Assembly: GCA_047495785.1 (NCBI GenBank)
Contig: JBLDXI010000033.1
Coordinates: forward strand, 62,001-126,000
Direction of reading: 5' to 3'
DNA from: Lepidodermella squamata
Taxonomy: Eukaryota; Animalia; Gastrotricha
Length of the DNA stretch: 64,000 nt
Of the stretch, positions 33,417-45,580 are shown piece by piece. A program made the translations under genes and the position numbers. The number at the start of each line of letters is the position of its first letter. Position 1 is the first letter of the stretch. The notes beneath the pieces are model-generated. The model saw nothing but the letters and a program-made list of their open reading frames with translations, ran no database searches and was not told where the DNA came from.

Positions 33417-36400
33417 TCAGGCTGATGCAAGCTGTGAGATTTTACGGAAAAGGTCTTCGGGCAAACGGTTGACCTCCTTAGCAATTTGATTGATAGTCTC
33501 TTTGTTTTTGTTCTGATGCACAACCAAGAATTTACCTTCTGGCAGGTCAAGTAAATGTGACACAATGGAGAAAGATTTATTCCTCAGTGCCACGCCGAGA
33601 ACATTGTCACCATTGTCGGCCGTCGCCCAAAGACTAGCACCTTTCGACAGTAGATATTTGAAAATATTCAAGTTGTCAGTTCTCGATGACACAAGAAGTG
33701 GTGTCAGATGGTCAGACGTGCATGATTCGATCATATGCCAAGTTTTTTGAAGCAAATAATCGACACAGTCAGTCCCTTTCAGACCCGCCGCTGCTGAGTG
33801 GAGTGGGGTCCAAAGAAAATCATCGATAACCTCGTCGCTTGCTGGGTATAAATCCATGGCATATTTCAGCAGTTCAAGATTTCCAGACCTTGCGCACTGA
33901 TGAATTATGGTTTCGCCATTATTATCTCTAGCTTTTGTATCAGCTCCAAACGTGACCAGAAGCTTAACTACATCCAATTGACCGTATTTAGCAGCTATCA
34001 GAAGAGGCGTGAAGCCGTCGCAATTAACGATTTCAAGCAAATCTGGAAGTGTCTCACATAGTTTCTGGACGATTTCAACATAACCGTTACCAGCAGCAAG
34101 ATATTGCAACGACTGGCCGAACTTATCTCGTAGCAAAGCAGCCTTTGGCGCATGATCGAGCAAAATTTGAAACAGTTTAGAATTTCCTCTTGCGCATGCG
34201 ACGGCTATTGGTGTACGGGCAAGTTCGAAGTCAGCTATTTTAAAATTGGCACCTTTGTGAATAAGATAATTTATGACTTCAAAATTGCCACTTATGCAAG
34301 CCAAATGTGCAGCAGTTTGCCCAGTAACCCCACTGTCTCTTGCGTTCAAGTCAAAAGAACAATCCTCGACCAAATACTTGACTACATCTAATTGCCCCGC
34401 CAGAGCGGCATCATGAAGGCAATTCAAACCGTATCGATCTCTTTGCTCCATCATCTCGGGCTTTTTCTCGAGAGACATTTTTAACACACCTAAATGACCA
34501 TGCTTAGCTGCGATATGGAAGATGGCTTTTTTGTTCAAATCAACAGCTAATGGGTCGGCACCAAGCGCCACGAGGTAATCAGCTGCTTCGACTGAACCAG
34601 AAGCAGCAGCCTGAAGCAGAGGAGTTCGTTCGGAATCTCGTTTGTCGTGGTGATCAACGACCAATTTTACGAAGTTTTTCGGAATTCGGCTGATCAGGCC
34701 CTTGAGCGCTTCGACGTCTCCAAGGGATGCGGCTGCGTGAAATTCATGGTATGCATCACCCTAGATTAGGAAGCAAACAAAGGGATAAATTAAGATTAGA
34801 ACTGTAATTTGAAATCGAAAACTGAAAAACTATAATAATATCTATATCTGGGCTTTGAATTGACGATCGTAGTTTTTACACGACGGAGGCGTTCTTTAAT
34901 GCCATATCGCTCAATATCCTCTATATAAAGGCTCTGATAAGAATACTTCAAACGTTTCCGCATTTAAGAATTAACGATCAAATTCGTCATGATGGACGAC
35001 GTCGCGGTCGCAACGACCGCGGTGGAGCAGCCTCACACTAAACTCACACTCAACTGATTTTGAGTCAAGTTTCAACACTGTATATTTTAATTATCTCTCG
35101 ATCAACGATTACTTCACGCCCTACCTCATTACCGCAGCATCTTGACGGCATGGTCATTGCCTATCTAGAGCAGCTGGGGGCTGCGCGTCGTTTATAAAGC
35201 CGCTACATGCGGCCTGCATGGTCAAAGCTATCTCTTCGATACAACAGACAGATCTTGTTAAAAAATCCCTTCAAAAGTGCAGCTTGACTCAATCTAGGCA
35301 CCGGAGAGAAAGGAACGAGCTCAACGAAAGAAATCTGATTCATCGCCGAACAGCGGCACCAGGCTGAGGAGAAGACATGCTTGGCATAAGCCGCTATTCC
35401 TGAAATTCCACGCTAGCCGTTTAAGAGGCGCTATCCTTAGGGGTTCAAACCTTGCCCTGGAAAAGATCTGTGAGTTGCTGAACTGAGACCCGATAAAATC
35501 TTCAACTGGATTGTAAGTCTACCTTTTCACTGTTTTTTTGCACTTCGAACTCAAAAAGGACAAATACAGAAATATTCCACTTGAGTTATAACCAACCTAA
35601 TTACAGTCGGTTATTCGTTGGATTCAGCAAAAATATTTCATTGGGCTTTATTCAACAGCCGGCTCGTCTATTTGAACTCTTGCGAAGCGTCTTATGGCCC
35701 TGCCGCTTATACCTGCTCGAAAAGTGCCGACCGCATTTCAACTAATATCAAAGACCAATTGTCGAATGCTGAATCAACAAGCATAAATTCAACAAGTCTA
35801 TGAGTACTTCAAAACACAGTGGTTTGGCAAGGTGAAGATTCAGGACTGGCGAAGATCAACCGAAAACTGAGGCCGTCTCATTCATAATTTTACAAAGAAA
35901 ATATATTTAATAATGAATTTACTGACATATTGACTGATATTGGCTCTATATCTAGACCAGCTCGATGAAGTTCGATGCTCTGTTACGTCGCAAGTGGTAA
36001 TTACGTTGTTTAGTTGCGTTCGCTGTTTCGCGTTAACGTTATTCTGTCGGGCTATTGATGAGTTCTATCTAATTGTCTAAAAACTTAAACAAATGCTTCC
36101 CTTTATCTATGGCCTGAGCTAATTAATAAAAATGTATTCTGTTATATGGCCGTGTCATTTTATTGTTGGTTTCTGTCTTTCAAGCTTTTTCATAGCTTTA
36201 ATTAATTTACAAAAAGGGCAGAATAAGAGCAATTCCTTTCAAATTTAGAAATCAAGCTATCTACGTTTTGAACAGCTGATAACAGCGCTGGTGGGAATTT
36301 TCAAATTTTGTTGGCAAGAAAAACCAAGCCGTTAGCGAAATTGATGGCGATATTAGTTTCGTCGGCGAAAAAACTAAATTGATAGCAGGAAAATGTACAC

Positions 36401-37506
36401 CCACAGAAATTACCTCAAAATCGATCTCTGGGACTTTGTCTCTTTCAACGGTGACATTCGTGCATTCCGAAATGACAGTAGCTAAACGCTCCTTGATGGA
36501 TTGATTGTAAGCAAAAGAGATTTTCGACTTAGCCGCGTCGCATTTCTCGATGTTTAAGAATTCGCCCAACTGCAAAACACCCATTAATATTAGTTTTTAT
36601 ATCGATAACTCCCAACCTTGCTTCTCTGTTCTTTCGCTAGAAAATGCAATGATATAACATCTTCAGCGGACTGGCACAACGGCGACGAGCTTACGAGTGT
36701 TGAAGCCAGAGTTCCCACCTCCTCCAACTTGCCCATCCAGTCTTTCGACATAAACTCATTAAAACATTCATGTGTACGACCCCGCATTCCTTCAACTTTA
36801 GCAATCAGTTCGTCGCAGCGATTATCAATCACATTCTTGAACCATTCCACCAAAGCTTCGCCGGATGACTTAATCTGACCTTTGACAGAATCAGCGTTTT
36901 CGTCAATTTTACGGCGTATCGAATCAGCTTGTTTGTCAACCTCAGCAGTGTTACACTCAAATTTCTCGCGAATCTGAAAAACAGAGAAATATCACAGGGC
37001 GTTTCAGATTGTAAATTTCGGATCACCTTGTGACACGAAAATAACGCCTTCAGTTTAACCCGCTCAATATGAAGCAAGTAACATAATGAGCAGTAGCTTT
37101 CTTCACAATGCGGACAAATCTCCACATCACATTTAGCGATGAAGTGAGCGTGGCTACATTTTTCGCCCGGTTTGAAGCGAAGGGCAGGTTTTGTTTTTTC
37201 TTTCATCACCATTTCGGCGACTCGTTTGACAGCATAATTTGTACGTAAGCCGGCTTTGGGAATCTTAGTCTGCTCTCTGCATTCCGGGCATATTGCCGAA
37301 TTATTCGATTTTTCGACAAGCTTGGCTAGACATTCAGTACAAATAGTATGCCCGCAATTTGTCAAAATTTTCGCATTAGGTGATAATTCGAGACAAACAG
37401 CGCAACACAGAGCCTGATACATACTGAATAATAAGAAATCTTGTTTATGATCAAATTGAAGTGGAGCAACCTCAAAAATTGCAGTACGCGATGTGTCGTT
37501 CACCAT
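33417..37506 (-). CDS. RING-B-box-coiled-coil-ankyrin protein C (subfamily 2)
   Basis: Same exon structure as gene B, with a ~1.65-kb intron between the linker (EIDFE) and the ankyrin exon (GDAYHEF). Confidence 0.85.
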
Positions 37507-37760
37507 TTTGCGCGAATATTTTCCAAGTAAAATCCAAATCTAAATTTGAAAAAAGTTTTAGGCCCCTGGTTCCAGTCTGGAACATTTTCAACAATTTAAG
37601 CAATACTGGCTGCCGGTAACGTGCAATTTATTCTAATTGATGATATCAACAAATTAAATCCAACAAATTCGTTCAAATCAAATCGAGTTCACATAGTGCA
37701 TATGAAAGGAAACCAATCAAGGATTCTCTTAAGACTCAAGATTTTCTGTAGCCATCGATT

Positions 37761-40700
37761 CTACAATACCCTTTGCTGCATTTTACTCAACGTTTCAGAC
37801 GGAAAATGGTCATCGTTGCTGGCCAGCTGAAACGGCGTAACACCATCGTTATCTGCCTGATTAATGAAGAAAGCGGCGTCCTGACGCTCGATTATATACG
37901 AGACCATGTTGTAATGTTTTTCATCCACGGCTAGATGTAACATGTTTCTGCCGTCGTTATCGAGCGCCTTTATATCGGCGCCATTTTCAAGCAGAAAATT
38001 CACACTTGCAGTATTACCGCTCCGCGCAGCTAGCAACAAAGGGGTCCATTTATTGGGCTCGGTTGGCATGTCGATAGCATGACCGACACGTTCGACAAGG
38101 AGTTTCAAGCAATCTAGTGCATTTTTCCGATAAGAAGCACAGTGTAGACTCGTGAATCCGTAACCATCGGGTATCAATTCGGAGCCAGGAAACAACTCAA
38201 GTGCCAATTTCAGTAAATCGGCATTGCCAGACTCGGCGCACACATGGTAGAATTTTTCTTTCTCGGCTGTTTCAGCGGTGAGATCTGCTCCATGATCCAT
38301 CAACAGCTTTACAATGTCGAAATACCCTTGCCTCGCAGCTCGTAACAGGGCAGTTTCACCTTCGTCATTTTTGTGTTCTATTGCAACGGGTTTATCAAGC
38401 AGCCACCTGGAATTTGGAAGAAAAGCCAAGTTCTTCTAATTCAAGGGCCTGAAGGACAATGATCAGAATATGAAAACACAGGCTGTAATCACTTATGATT
38501 AGCGCATCGGAAAAAATTCATTCGTAACTTTAAGTTATTACGCAAATGCACCTTGCACGCGCACAGCCACCGATTTGAAATAAACGTAAATCTACAACAT
38601 TATTATAAACTTGCTTACCTCACAACATCGATACGACCGCTCAAGACAGCGTAATTGAGAAGTGACGCTCCGTTTGAATCAACCTGGTTCAAATATTCAG
38701 GTTTCTTCATAACGAGCAGCTGAACCACGTCCAATTTATTGTTTGCAGCAGCGCGCATTACGGGTAGTGTTCCATCTTTAGACCGGTGAGCGAAATTTGC
38801 TCCTCGTTCGAATAAATAACTGACAACATCGAGGACTCCCCGAAAAGCTGCTATAAAAGCAGCGGTATTGTCGTTTGTTCCAACAGTCGCTTCAAGGTCG
38901 AATTTCTCATCCTCCACCAGGAATTTGACGACATCAAGGCGACCTCCGAAACAAGCCTGATGAAGCAAATTGAACCCTTCGTTGTCCCGCAATGATTTTA
39001 ATTTAGGTTCCTTTGTTAGCAACATTTTCAGTACTTCTTTGTGACCATTCTGCGAAGCCATGTGAGCAGCAGTTCTACCAGCAGCGTCAATTACTCGGTA
39101 GTCAATTCCAGGTTTTTGCAGTAGATAATTTGTCATTTCAATGGAACCAACAGCAGCTGCTTGAAGCAACAGTGTTCTATTGAAGTCACGAGGATCCCGA
39201 TGTTCGATTAACAAGGGTTCACAGCATTTCGGAATCTGATCGAATAGCCGTTTGAGCGCGGTGAAATCACCAGTACGAGCAGCGTCATGCACCTCGTGGT
39301 ACTCAATGTTCTAATATATTAGTAACCAAATGCCATTTCACGATGGAATATCAATTTTTTACCTTCAAATAGGTTATGCACTCGGTCACAGGCTGCTTGA
39401 AACCGACGGCAGAAAATTTAGTCAGCGTGTCCGAAAATTTGCCGAGCAGATCATTTTCGAACCATGAAAATTCGATTTTCGAATATTCCGATTCCCCGTG
39501 TTCATATTGCAACTGTTCATGGCACTAGTATTTGGGAAACAAATAGAAATTATAAAGCAGCAATGATTAATTGAATGGTTGTTTTACTATAATCTGATTT
39601 TTACATTAATTTACATTAACTACTTGGCTAATTGTATGAATGGCAACGCCCTAAACAATCGCCGTTTGGGCACGGATTTTGAGAACGCAGACGCTTTTAA
39701 TCTGTTGTTTCGAAGAAAAAACGGGAATTGGTATGATTTCTAGCTCCACATTTTCCATTCACGTAACACAGTTCTTATGTTCTCTGCTGACAGTAATGGC
39801 GCGAAGAAGGATAAGTCAATAAAAGTCGTCTATGACCTGACTGAAAACGCCCCCATAATTCCCGAATGTTGAAAATGAGTTGAAAATGATACTTCGCAGC
39901 TGGTATATCAGTTCTGCCCGGTGGGTGTGCCTAACAAGAAAACTGTGTAGGTGGGCGTCTCAATTTTCTACACCCTTTTCTCAACAATCGTAAAATCGCG
40001 GCTTTATTCATCATGAGAGCCATTTTTCTCATAACTTCGTCGAAACTTCGTCCAGCTAACAAGGGAATTCCGATGTTACTAGGGCGAAAACCGCCGCCCA
40101 AGGCGAAGGAGACATTTGTTATCATCGATTATGAAGACTGGCCCAAAATCTGCCGTGAAATCGAGCAAAGGCGTTCAACTGTTCAGCTATACGGCACTAT
40201 TTCGACCTGGTATCTTCAGCGTTGCAACTCGTAAATTTTGATAAGAAACAGATCCAATGCGAATCTACCGCAAAGCGGCCTTCGACTGAACACGAAGAAA
40301 AGGGTAAGTTTTTGTTTCATTTTACACTGTGTCTCTTTTACCTAAAATAAAATTTTCCTTGGGTTTTCATGAAGAAGGTCACTACACAAGGCTTGCTCGT
40401 CTGGGCGAGGTGCGATTACTGTTAAGGCTACCGCTCCAGCTAATGGCATATTTCTAACGCCTGGTAAGATCTTCAAGGGAACCGGCAATCGTCTGATTTG
40501 GCGGCTTATCTGCCCGCTGGCTCTCAACATCGGCTTCCAGGATTTCATCGATTTCAAAGCAAAGCCGAACTTCTCCAGCCAGTTGAAAAACAAGAAAGGC
40601 AAATCACCTCTGTGTTCGCGAGTTGTCTGCTTGGAAATGAGCAAGTGAGACATAAATAAACTGAAAGTTCGCATAAGATTCGGCGCTGGAATGCCGTGGC

Positions 40701-42271
40701 AAGAATTCTGCCCGAAATGGCGCGGGCGACAGGTCGAAGCTCCGATTGATAAATTAATTCACGACGAATTATTCCGAATGGGACGAATAATTCAATACTA
40801 TCTTTCATACATAATCTTTTTTCACATTATTTAGACTGTTCCGCGATCTTCCTTCAACTATTTACGATACACATTGTGGCAGGGTTGGGAAAAGTGATTC
40901 CGAAAATATTCGTCCGTAAGACGTCCAAGAAGGAGCCGTGCTATCGAGCGTTGAAAGCAATATTTAATGGTAAGATCCAAACCACTTATTGGACAGAACG
41001 CCACATATTTTTATTTCCGCCACACTGTTCTGGCGCGCAAGTCGCGATATTTGAATGGCTTGACTCGAAGCGCTAAACCCACGTCGCAACACTGCTGATC
41101 CTCGACGGCCTTATATCCCACATCAGCTACGAAGCTCTCTGTTACTTGACAAAAAGGACACCAACATACTTCTATTTATATTTTTTCGTCAGACGTTTGC
41201 AACGACAAAAAATATCGCAAACACTTGCTCATTTTAGCGGTGGGCTATATCGGCAAGACGAAAGCTTGAGTTTATCAGAAAAATCATAAATACTTTTCCT
41301 TTGCTCTACTTTTCTCTCCAATTCAAGCCCAAATAGAAATACAAAACATAACGCTGCAGGTACCTTGCGGCGTGTCGCTTTCGATAGTTCATAAAATTTC
41401 AAGACGCTGCTGTCGGAGACGTATAACAGCGACTGATCAATGCACTGCGTGGCCAACTTTTCAGTTTCTTCCAATCCATCAAGCTGCTTGTTTGAAATTA
41501 CTTTCTCCAGATGTTCAAGTTGAATCTTTTTTAGATCTCCAGTTTTCGTCTTAAGCTGCAAAGCCCGCTCCATCACAGCTTTTTCAAGTGCGCCAATCAG
41601 CGCCTTGCAACTCGCATCAATTTTCTCGTAGATTTCGTTAGCTTCCTTTTCAATTTTCGAACGAATTTCTTCATACTGATCGTTCATGCGGGAAATTGAT
41701 GAATCATACATTTCTCGAAGCTGAAATAACAGATTTTTCAGGTCAATGGCCTCTAGAATATCAATCAACGGAAAAGCTCACATTATAACTGTCATATCTG
41801 GCCTCGAGCCTTATCCTTTCCAAATGAAACCGGTAGCACATTGAGCAGAAGTTCCCTCCGCAGTGCTTGCATTGCGTGATAGCGTCTTTTTGAGCAAACG
41901 CCAAATGGTTGCAACATTCGCCCAATTTCGCCGTCCTCGTAGCGGTTGTTTCATTACTACGCAGAGCTTCGATTGCCCGTTTCACGGCGAAATTTGTGCG
42001 TAGGGCTGCGAGTCCACTTTTTGGCAAAACAGTCTCGGATCTGCATTCAGGGCACTTCACAGATCTTTTCTTATCGTCAATCAGCTTTGTAAGACATGCG
42101 GAACAAATCGAATGACCGCATTCATTCAGCATTTTAGCTTCAGAGCTCAGTTCCAAGCATACGGCACAGCTTAAAGCCTGAAGAATGAGCGCTAAATTTA
42201 ATTTGCTGAGGGTTGTCGAAAATTACCTCGGCAATCGAACTCCGGACAGTCTTCGGTTTTGAATCAGCCAT
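37761..42271 (-). CDS. RING-B-box-coiled-coil-ankyrin protein D (subfamily 1)
   Basis: MADSKPKTVRSSIAE | RING/B-box | coiled-coil | ~1.83-kb intron | linker CHEQLQY | two ankyrin exons. Confidence 0.85.
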
Positions 42272-42374
42272 TACAAATAAAATAAATAAATAAGAAAAAC
42301 TATAGAAAAGAGCTAATTATGTTTGCTCTCATTCCATTTATTCTACTTCGTAGCATAATTTGTAGCCAAAAAAC

Positions 42375-42410
42375 CTCAAAAATTGCACTGTTTGGCAGGT
42401 CGTTTACCAT
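42375..42410 (-). pseudogene. Orphan first exon of a subfamily-2 gene (MVNDLPNSAIFE|GT)
   Basis: Near copy of the first exons of genes B and C, with an intact ATG and phase-0 donor but no subfamily-2 body after it. Confidence 0.7.
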
Positions 42411-42673
42411 GTCGACTGGAGAGCTTCAGCTAATAAAATGCAGTTCTAGAATGGCAGAAATGTGATGATACGTTTCAAGATAAACCAGCAGTAGGCCGTA
42501 GAGAGAAATCAATAATATCTGGAATCGGATCCTCAACAATTATTCATTATTAACTCAACTTTGAAATGGTTAAAACTATTCGCAGTATTCCAAATCTTAA
42601 ACAAGTTTTGGGCCCGTAAGAATTGCCGAAAATGTATTCAGAAAGAATCTCTTTTGCCCCTACTTCATTTTCG

Positions 42674-45182
42674 CTAAAAAATAATCTGCGCCTTGACGAT
42701 TTGACGCATCCGTTTGACAAGATCGTTAGCGTAGTTAGCTTTCGCAACACCGATTGGCGTCAGACCGGATGCATTTTTGCACCGCAACAGCTGTCCAGCG
42801 ACGGGAAGTCCCAGAATGCAGTCGATCACGGCCTGTGACTGCTTTTCAACCGCGATATGAAGGGCGTTGTACCCGCAATCATCAACAAGAGCAGGGTCGG
42901 CTCCCTTGCTGATCAAGTATTCTAACGATAGCGGATGGTTAGCGGAAGCGCAAATCATCAATGCTGTCGGCGGTGAGTATGGATATTTCGAATTAACCGG
43001 GGTGGAGAATGTCTCAACGAAATAAGAAATCATCAACTTGGCATCGGCGTCACTTTTGCATCTGGCAGCATGGCGCAACGCCGCGTCGCTGTAAGCTGCA
43101 GGGCATTTTTCGAGCATGTATTTGACAATAGGTAAACACCCTGCTTCAACAGCGCGAGAAAATGGTGACAGGCTGGAGCCTTTGGTGCATTTCACATCGA
43201 AGCCGTTATCTATGAGAAACGCTGCCGCTTTCACATTACCTCTGATTATGGCTACATGGATCGCGGAATAATCATTAACCCTTTGATCACGGCATGTCGC
43301 TAACAACTCCTTCATCACCTCAACTTTGCCCTTGAAGCAAGCCGCGAGAAAAGCAGTATAGCCATTCCAAGAAGTGGCATTCAACATGGTTACATCTCTG
43401 CTCGCTATCAGTCTAACAGCTTCAACATGATTATTAGACGCAGCGACGTGAATCGGCAAAATGCCTTCCTCAGCAAGCGACATATTTGCGTGCAAATCAA
43501 GGAGAAACTTTACCATAGCTGTGTTGCAGTTTCTACAAGCTTCAATTAGAGCAGTGGTCTTCTTGGAATCGATCACATCAACTATTGCGCCGAATTCTTT
43601 ACCGGTGCTAATGGGAACGTTGCCATTAGTAGCCATCAAATGCAAAACTGTTCGGCCATTTTCATCTAACACGCCCACGATTGATGGCTCGACTGTCAAG
43701 ATATAATCTAGTATTTCTGGGAAACCGGCTGCAAGATGGCAAATGGTTTGACCAGTCGAATCAGCTAATTTCAGTTCGTCCGATGAAAAGCGAGGCAATA
43801 GAAGTTTGACGATTTCCATTGATCCTGAAGCCACTGCTTGATGCAAAACAGTTCTTCCTTGATCAGTTTCATCAAAATGACGAATTATCAAATTCAGTCC
43901 AGCTTCCGGGACCTTGCTAAGCAAATCTTTAAATTCCTCGGCCTTTCCATTTTTTGCTGCCTGATGAAATTCGCGGTATATCAATTCCTGGTTAAAGGCA
44001 ATACATCTGAATATTTTGTGTGTTTAATGGTTAAATTTGACCTTGGCATCCGTTTTCTCCCTTGTCGGTAGTTGATTGACAAACAAGAAACTTTGCTCCA
44101 ATTTACTCTTAATTGTATCCACAAAATTTTCCTCGAAGAGAACCGCCATGAATCTCCGGCTCGCTATTTCACTGCTCTCAATGGTCAGCATATTAGCAAC
44201 CTGGAAATCAACAACTGGTAAAAAATGAGAAAGCTGATAATCAATCATACATTCTGAGCCTGTCTTGTTACAGTTTTATGTAGCCGCGTGAATTTTTCCC
44301 CAGAGTTAAATAAAAGCGAAGCCGATTGCACATCCTTGAGCAATTCGGCAATATCAGCTTCTTCGGCCATCGGTCCCGCAATACTCTCCAATGAACGCAG
44401 TTGATCAGCCTTAAGTTGCCCGAGTTGGCTAATCAGAAAATCGCAACGCTGTTTAATGGCATCTTTGAACAATGCCACCAAATTTTCTCCCGTCTTTTGA
44501 ATTTCCTTCTCAAAATATTCTGCATCCTTGCTGACTGCCGTGCGAATAACATCAAGTTGACTCTGGGCATGGCATCGTGCAGCTTCACGCCTGGTTTCGA
44601 TCTGTAATAGCAAAAGTAAAGGTCCAGTTGATATTTTTGAAACAATCTAACCCAATAGTGGGAGAGAAATATCTCGCCACGAATGTGTTCCAGATGAGCG
44701 ACGAAACAAGATGGGCAAAATTGTGTGGCGCAATGGCCACATATTTCGGCGTTAGATCGCGATAAATTAGACAGATGCAGGCAAGATTCGCCCAGCTTCG
44801 ATTTTTTCATGTTTTCATTTTCTTCCCTCAACACTTGAACAGCTCGCTTCACTGCAATATTTGCTATAAAAAATATGAATCAATAATGTAAACGATGAAC
44901 AAATATTGCAGATGTCACGCTTGATAGAATCCATGGATACATTGGCCTTACAGCGGCACTCTGGGCATGCAAATTGAGCGAATTTCGGCGTTTTCTTCAA
45001 TATTGATTCGACGCATTTTGAGCAGAATGAATGACCGCATTGTGGGAGCATTTTTGGGTCAGTTGCCAATTCGAGGCAGACTGCACACGTAAGTTTTAAA
45101 ATTAAAGAATGATCATTAACATTAATGCACATACCGCCTCCACTGGACAACTTGTATTCGAGGAATTCACGCGAACTTCCAT
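42674..45182 (-). CDS. RING-B-box-coiled-coil-ankyrin protein E (subfamily 3); the first-intron acceptor appears lost
   Basis: MEVRVNSSNTSCPVEA | LTCAVCLELA...CGHSFCSKC...CPEC | B-box | coiled-coil | linker | 436-aa ankyrin ORF. Paralog of gene H. Confidence 0.75.
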
Positions 45183-45580
45183 TAGACAATTCGATAGATA
45201 AAGTATTTATCACAAATCTTAGACGAAGCAATAAATTGAACACAACATCATCATCACTTTTTACCCTTTTTCGTAATGAACTAGGAACTATGGGCATGTA
45301 TTTGCACCAATATGTCAGTCATATTCGGTGCTTCAGAATCACCAAACATTATTAATATCTTCCAACTCTAAAACTCTAGGCTCAAAATCGAAATGAAATA
45401 AATAAATATATGCCAATCGTGTTAATCTTTAACCAAAATGAATGCTTCGGTAAATAATTTGGAGATTTATTCGATTGGAAATTGGAGGTTTATCAACTTT
45501 TAGCTTTGAAAATTGGGTAAGAAAGATCGAGAATAATTAGCTGCTTGTTCACATTTCTCACATTTCTCGTAGTAATGAGC

